Origin: Candidatus Bathyarchaeota archaeon
GTDB taxonomy: Archaea; Thermoproteota; Bathyarchaeia; TCS64; CBFDTC01
Assembly (NCBI GenBank): GCA_965612785.1
Contig: CBFDTC010000001.1
Coordinates: 1 to 54,810, forward strand
Direction: 5' to 3'
Length of the DNA: 54,810 nt
Numbering within the stretch: position 1 is the first letter of the stretch; the number at the start of each line of letters is the position of its first letter. Made by a program: the position numbers and the translations under genes. Shown here piece after piece: positions 52,271 through 54,810 of the stretch. The notes under the pieces are model-generated. The model had not been told where the DNA came from and did not search any database. It saw only the letters and a list, made by a program, of their open reading frames with translations.

Positions 52271-54810
52271 CCAACGCTATGGCCACAGCTGCTATGGCTA
52301 TGCCGATGACGCCGACGCCTACGCCGGCGTACATAGCGTTCCTGGCGGCCGCCCTGGCCGCTGCGAGCTGGGTCTCAAGGTCGGATACCGTGCTCTGGAG
52401 CTCCGCTATGTCGTGTTCTAGGGATGCCTCGAGGGCGTCTATCTGCGACTCTATGTAGACCATCACGGGTATGACCACCAAACCTTTGGTTTCTACCTTA
52501 AGAACAGCTGTTCCATGAGGTGTGGCTATAGCATATACTTTGTATATTCCAGGCAATAGTGTTCCAGTTTCCTCCTCACTTAGTGTGACAACGAACTTGC
52601 TTACGCTTTCATCCCACGTGGCCGTTTTCTCTATAACTGTCTCGCCCTCCGGGTTAACTATCGAGATACGGACATCCACCAGACTATACGGTTCACCTTT
52701 GAACGTTGATGTGACGTTTATTGTGGCTGGCAGGCCTGGCACAACCCGTGCTGGGACCTCAAGACCTATCTTAGGTATCGGAACCGCTAAGCCATCCCAG
52801 CGGTCGGCCTTGTACACGTAGTTACGGAAAGCCTTGACGGTTATCGTCTTGGCGACTGGGTCTATGTTCTCAAGGTAGAACGGACCGTTACTGACGAAGA
52901 AGTGGCCGTGGTCAGTGTACCAGGCATCTAGGGCAGCCCACCTGGCCGAGGCCTTGCTGGCGTCTAGCTTGGCCACGTCAGGCAGGTCTGGGTCTCCCAT
53001 GTAGGTCGGGAAGTGGTTCCTAGCCTTCAGGTCGGCCAAGTAATCCTTGAGTATGTCGAGGCTTGGGCCCCTCGCTAAGTCGAGCCATTCAACGCCCCAG
53101 GACTCCGCCATAGAGTCAGAGAACGCTAGCTTATGTTCGCTCACGGCGGCGTCCATCAAGGCGTAGAGCTCCCATGGGGTGGCGGTCCAGACATCGGCTA
53201 GGGCGGCTATGTAGGTCGGGTCGATGTGCCAGTAGTCTATGTAGACCGTCAGAGCGGTGTTGTTCAGGACCTTTATGCCCTTGCAGGTGGATATGAATAA
53301 CTCCTGCCCACCCGTGACAGCCCACGGGTCGTATATGTCGCTTTCGTTGTAAGCCACCAGGTAAACGTGGGCGATAGCGGCGAATATGTCTGCCATCGTC
53401 ATGTCCTCGCCGTGGTGCCACTTGCCGAAGTCAAAGTTGAGCGTCACGGCGCTCGTGGCATTGACGCCCTCTCCAACTGTCTTCCAGTCCTTCGTGGCCG
53501 GGTCGAATATCAGCGCGTCCTCAGGTACGGGCAGTACACCCTCAGGCCCTGCCGTCTCTACGGAGAATGTCTCTCTTATCGGTATGTAGATGCCAGTGTG
53601 CGGGTGTGGGTAGACCCCGTAGGAGTCCATTATAACGGTTCTAACATGGGTACTGTAAATCCACTTGAACCCGCCGACGGGGTTGAACGCATCTGCTGGG
53701 AACCCCTTTATGCCTACCTTCAGAGTCCCGCCTATAGTGTCGGGGAACCTCGTGGTCCTGAGCGTGTATAGCGACCAGAATCCGGCTACCAAGTCGTAGG
53801 ATATGTTCGTCACGCCCGTGTTATATGGGAATGGCATGACCTGGTCGACGAGCCACACCCTCGTCGAGTCCTTGAGGCAGAGCTCGTTTATCTCTTCTAT
53901 CCAGCTGAGCCTCTCAGTCATGTTGGCATACTCGGCGTTGAGCAACTTTTCAGCAAGCTCTACGAGTCTTCGCTCAGGCGTGTAGTACTCGAACACGGCG
54001 CCAGTCCACGGTGAGCAGTACATGAAGTAGGCTATCGTGTCTTCGTAGGCCGTCATGGCCTCGAAAGCCCATCCTTCGGTGTATAGGTGCCAGTCCGTTA
54101 TGCCTCCGTAGACCTTGGGTATGGCCTTCTCCTTGGTTCCGTAGTCCCTGTGGACCGTGAACCCGAGTTCCTCGAGCAGGCCTGCGATATAATCTCCTAT
54201 GTCCTTCCTCTTATCCTCAGTCCTAATGACGAAGTACAGCTCGATCAGGTTTCCATCAGGGTCATACCACTTACCGTCCTTGAATGTACACCCAGCGTCC
54301 GTCAGAGCTTCGAATATGACCTCCCGAGCTTTATCGAAGTCGTGGCTGTACTCGGCCTCAAGTTCTATCATCTTTGGGAGTACCCTGAAATAGTCACCTA
54401 TGAGGAATGGCATGTACACTGTGTAATCTGGGTACCCCAGTCCTCCCATTATTTCCTCAGCTATGTACTCCCTGTCTACCAGCCAGTTTAAGGCCTCCCT
54501 GACCTCCCTTATTCCGAACGGGTTGAACCTCGGCTCACCGCTTATGTTCACGTACGGAAGCGGGTTGATGAACAGGTTGTACGTTCCTGAATAGGTTTTT
54601 ATATAGTCGACGTTGGGTAGCTCGTCGGCCGTCGCCAGCCCCTCAGGAGTCTCTATACCCCAAAGCCACAGGTGGAGGTCCCCAGAGTTCAGCTTCTCCA
54701 GGGCGTCCGTCTCCTCGGAAACTTCGGAGAACACTATCTCGTCCACGTACGGGCCGTAGGGTATCTCCTGCGAGACCTTGTGTGGGACTGCGGCCAGGGC
54801 TGGTGTGATG
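52257..54810 (-). CDS. ABC transporter family-5 (OppA/DppA-like) substrate-binding protein, 5' end beyond the window, with a C-terminal Ig-like/coiled-coil/TM anchor extension
   Basis: The frame stays open upstream of the GTG at 54746 to the window edge (..ITPALAAVPHKVSQEIPYGPY-VDEIVF..). The SBP_bac_5 pattern (..NPFG.REVR.ALN.L.DR..I..EI..G) is present. The last ~190 aa are a beta-rich module, a heptad segment (IDALEASLEHDIAELQSTVSDLETQLAAA), and a TM helix plus KKS. Confidence 0.85.
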   Translation of the reverse strand, partial: ITPALAAVPHKVSQEIPYGPYVDEIVFSEVSEETDALEKLNSGDLHLWLWGIETPEGLATADELPNVDYIKTYSGTYNLFINPLPYVNISGEPRFNPFGIREVREALNWLVDREYIAEEIMGGLGYPDYTVYMPFLIGDYFRVLPKMIELEAEYSHDFDKAREVIFEALTDAGCTFKDGKWYDPDGNLIELYFVIRTEDKRKDIGDYIAGLLEELGFTVHRDYGTKEKAIPKVYGGITDWHLYTEGWAFEAMTAYEDTIAYFMYCSPWTGAVFEYYTPERRLVELAEKLLNAEYANMTERLSWIEEINELCLKDSTRVWLVDQVMPFPYNTGVTNISYDLVAGFWSLYTLRTTRFPDTIGGTLKVGIKGFPADAFNPVGGFKWIYSTHVRTVIMDSYGVYPHPHTGIYIPIRETFSVETAGPEGVLPVPEDALIFDPATKDWKTVGEGVNATSAVTLNFDFGKWHHGEDMTMADIFAAIAHVYLVAYNESDIYDPWAVTGGQELFISTCKGIKVLNNTALTVYIDYWHIDPTYIAALADVWTATPWELYALMDAAVSEHKLAFSDSMAESWGVEWLDLARGPSLDILKDYLADLKARNHFPTYMGDPDLPDVAKLDASKASARWAALDAWYTDHGHFFVSNGPFYLENIDPVAKTITVKAFRNYVYKADRWDGLAVPIPKIGLEVPARVVPGLPATINVTSTFKGEPYSLVDVRISIVNPEGETVIEKTATWDESVSKFVVTLSEEETGTLLPGIYKVYAIATPHGTAVLKVETKGLVVIPVMVYIESQIDALEASLEHDIAELQSTVSDLETQLAAARAAARNAMYAGVGVGVIGIAIAAVAIALAKKS

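Noticed and set aside
1-54810. Scan for tRNA, rRNA, CRISPR repeats, transposases, integrases, toxin-antitoxin pairs and restriction-modification or other known defence genes
   Set aside because: No T-loop-like GGTTCRANTCC with matching acceptor stems was seen in any intergenic gap. There are no regularly spaced direct repeats. No ORF shows DDE, tyrosine or serine recombinase, Cas or methyltransferase motifs. This was a by-eye scan, so small or divergent elements could have been missed.

Overview
This is an archaeal chromosomal window. It runs at roughly 58-60% GC, except for an island of about 40% GC at the left edge (1-1630). It is very gene-dense, with many 4-nt start/stop overlaps. Short A/T-rich TATA-like boxes sit about 25-30 nt upstream of several start codons, which suggests leaderless-type transcription. 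The core is a Wood-Ljungdahl supercluster spanning 9.2-32 kb. It holds cooC, cdhD-cdhE, a RACo-type corrinoid activase, cdhC-cdhB-cdhA and metF-metV. It then holds one long minus-strand unit: mch-fwdD-fwdB-fwdA-ftr-fwdC, a RimK-type ATP-grasp, and three tandem Pol-beta nucleotidyltransferase paralogs. An ADP-forming acetyl-CoA synthetase beta subunit follows. The flanks carry an ABC importer with a fused double permease, two non-equivalent ATPases and a DUF47/PhoU-like gene. They also carry an rpoP-rpoH pair in which RpoH has an Rpb5-like N-terminal domain, a fused MoxR-AAA+/VWA protein, and a Cys-rich radical SAM/TRAM protein. Further flank genes are aglH-like, glmS, SepCysS, a lipoate cluster (LipS-type radical SAM pair plus split LplA), a PhoU/AbrB regulator, and remnants of an Opp/Dpp-type peptide transporter. 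The most interesting candidates are these four. (1) The ATP-grasp plus three-NTase plus coiled-coil micro-ORF module embedded in the C1 operon. (2) The two-domain (eukaryote-like) RpoH/Rpb5 coupled to rpoP. (3) The coordinated degeneration of one composite ATP site in the ABC ATPase pair. (4) The low-GC island with a beta-helix surface protein and a startless gene remnant. I recognised no rRNA, tRNA, CRISPR array, transposase or integrase. All functional calls rest on motifs and sequence patterns read from the translations and recalled from memory; no database search was run.
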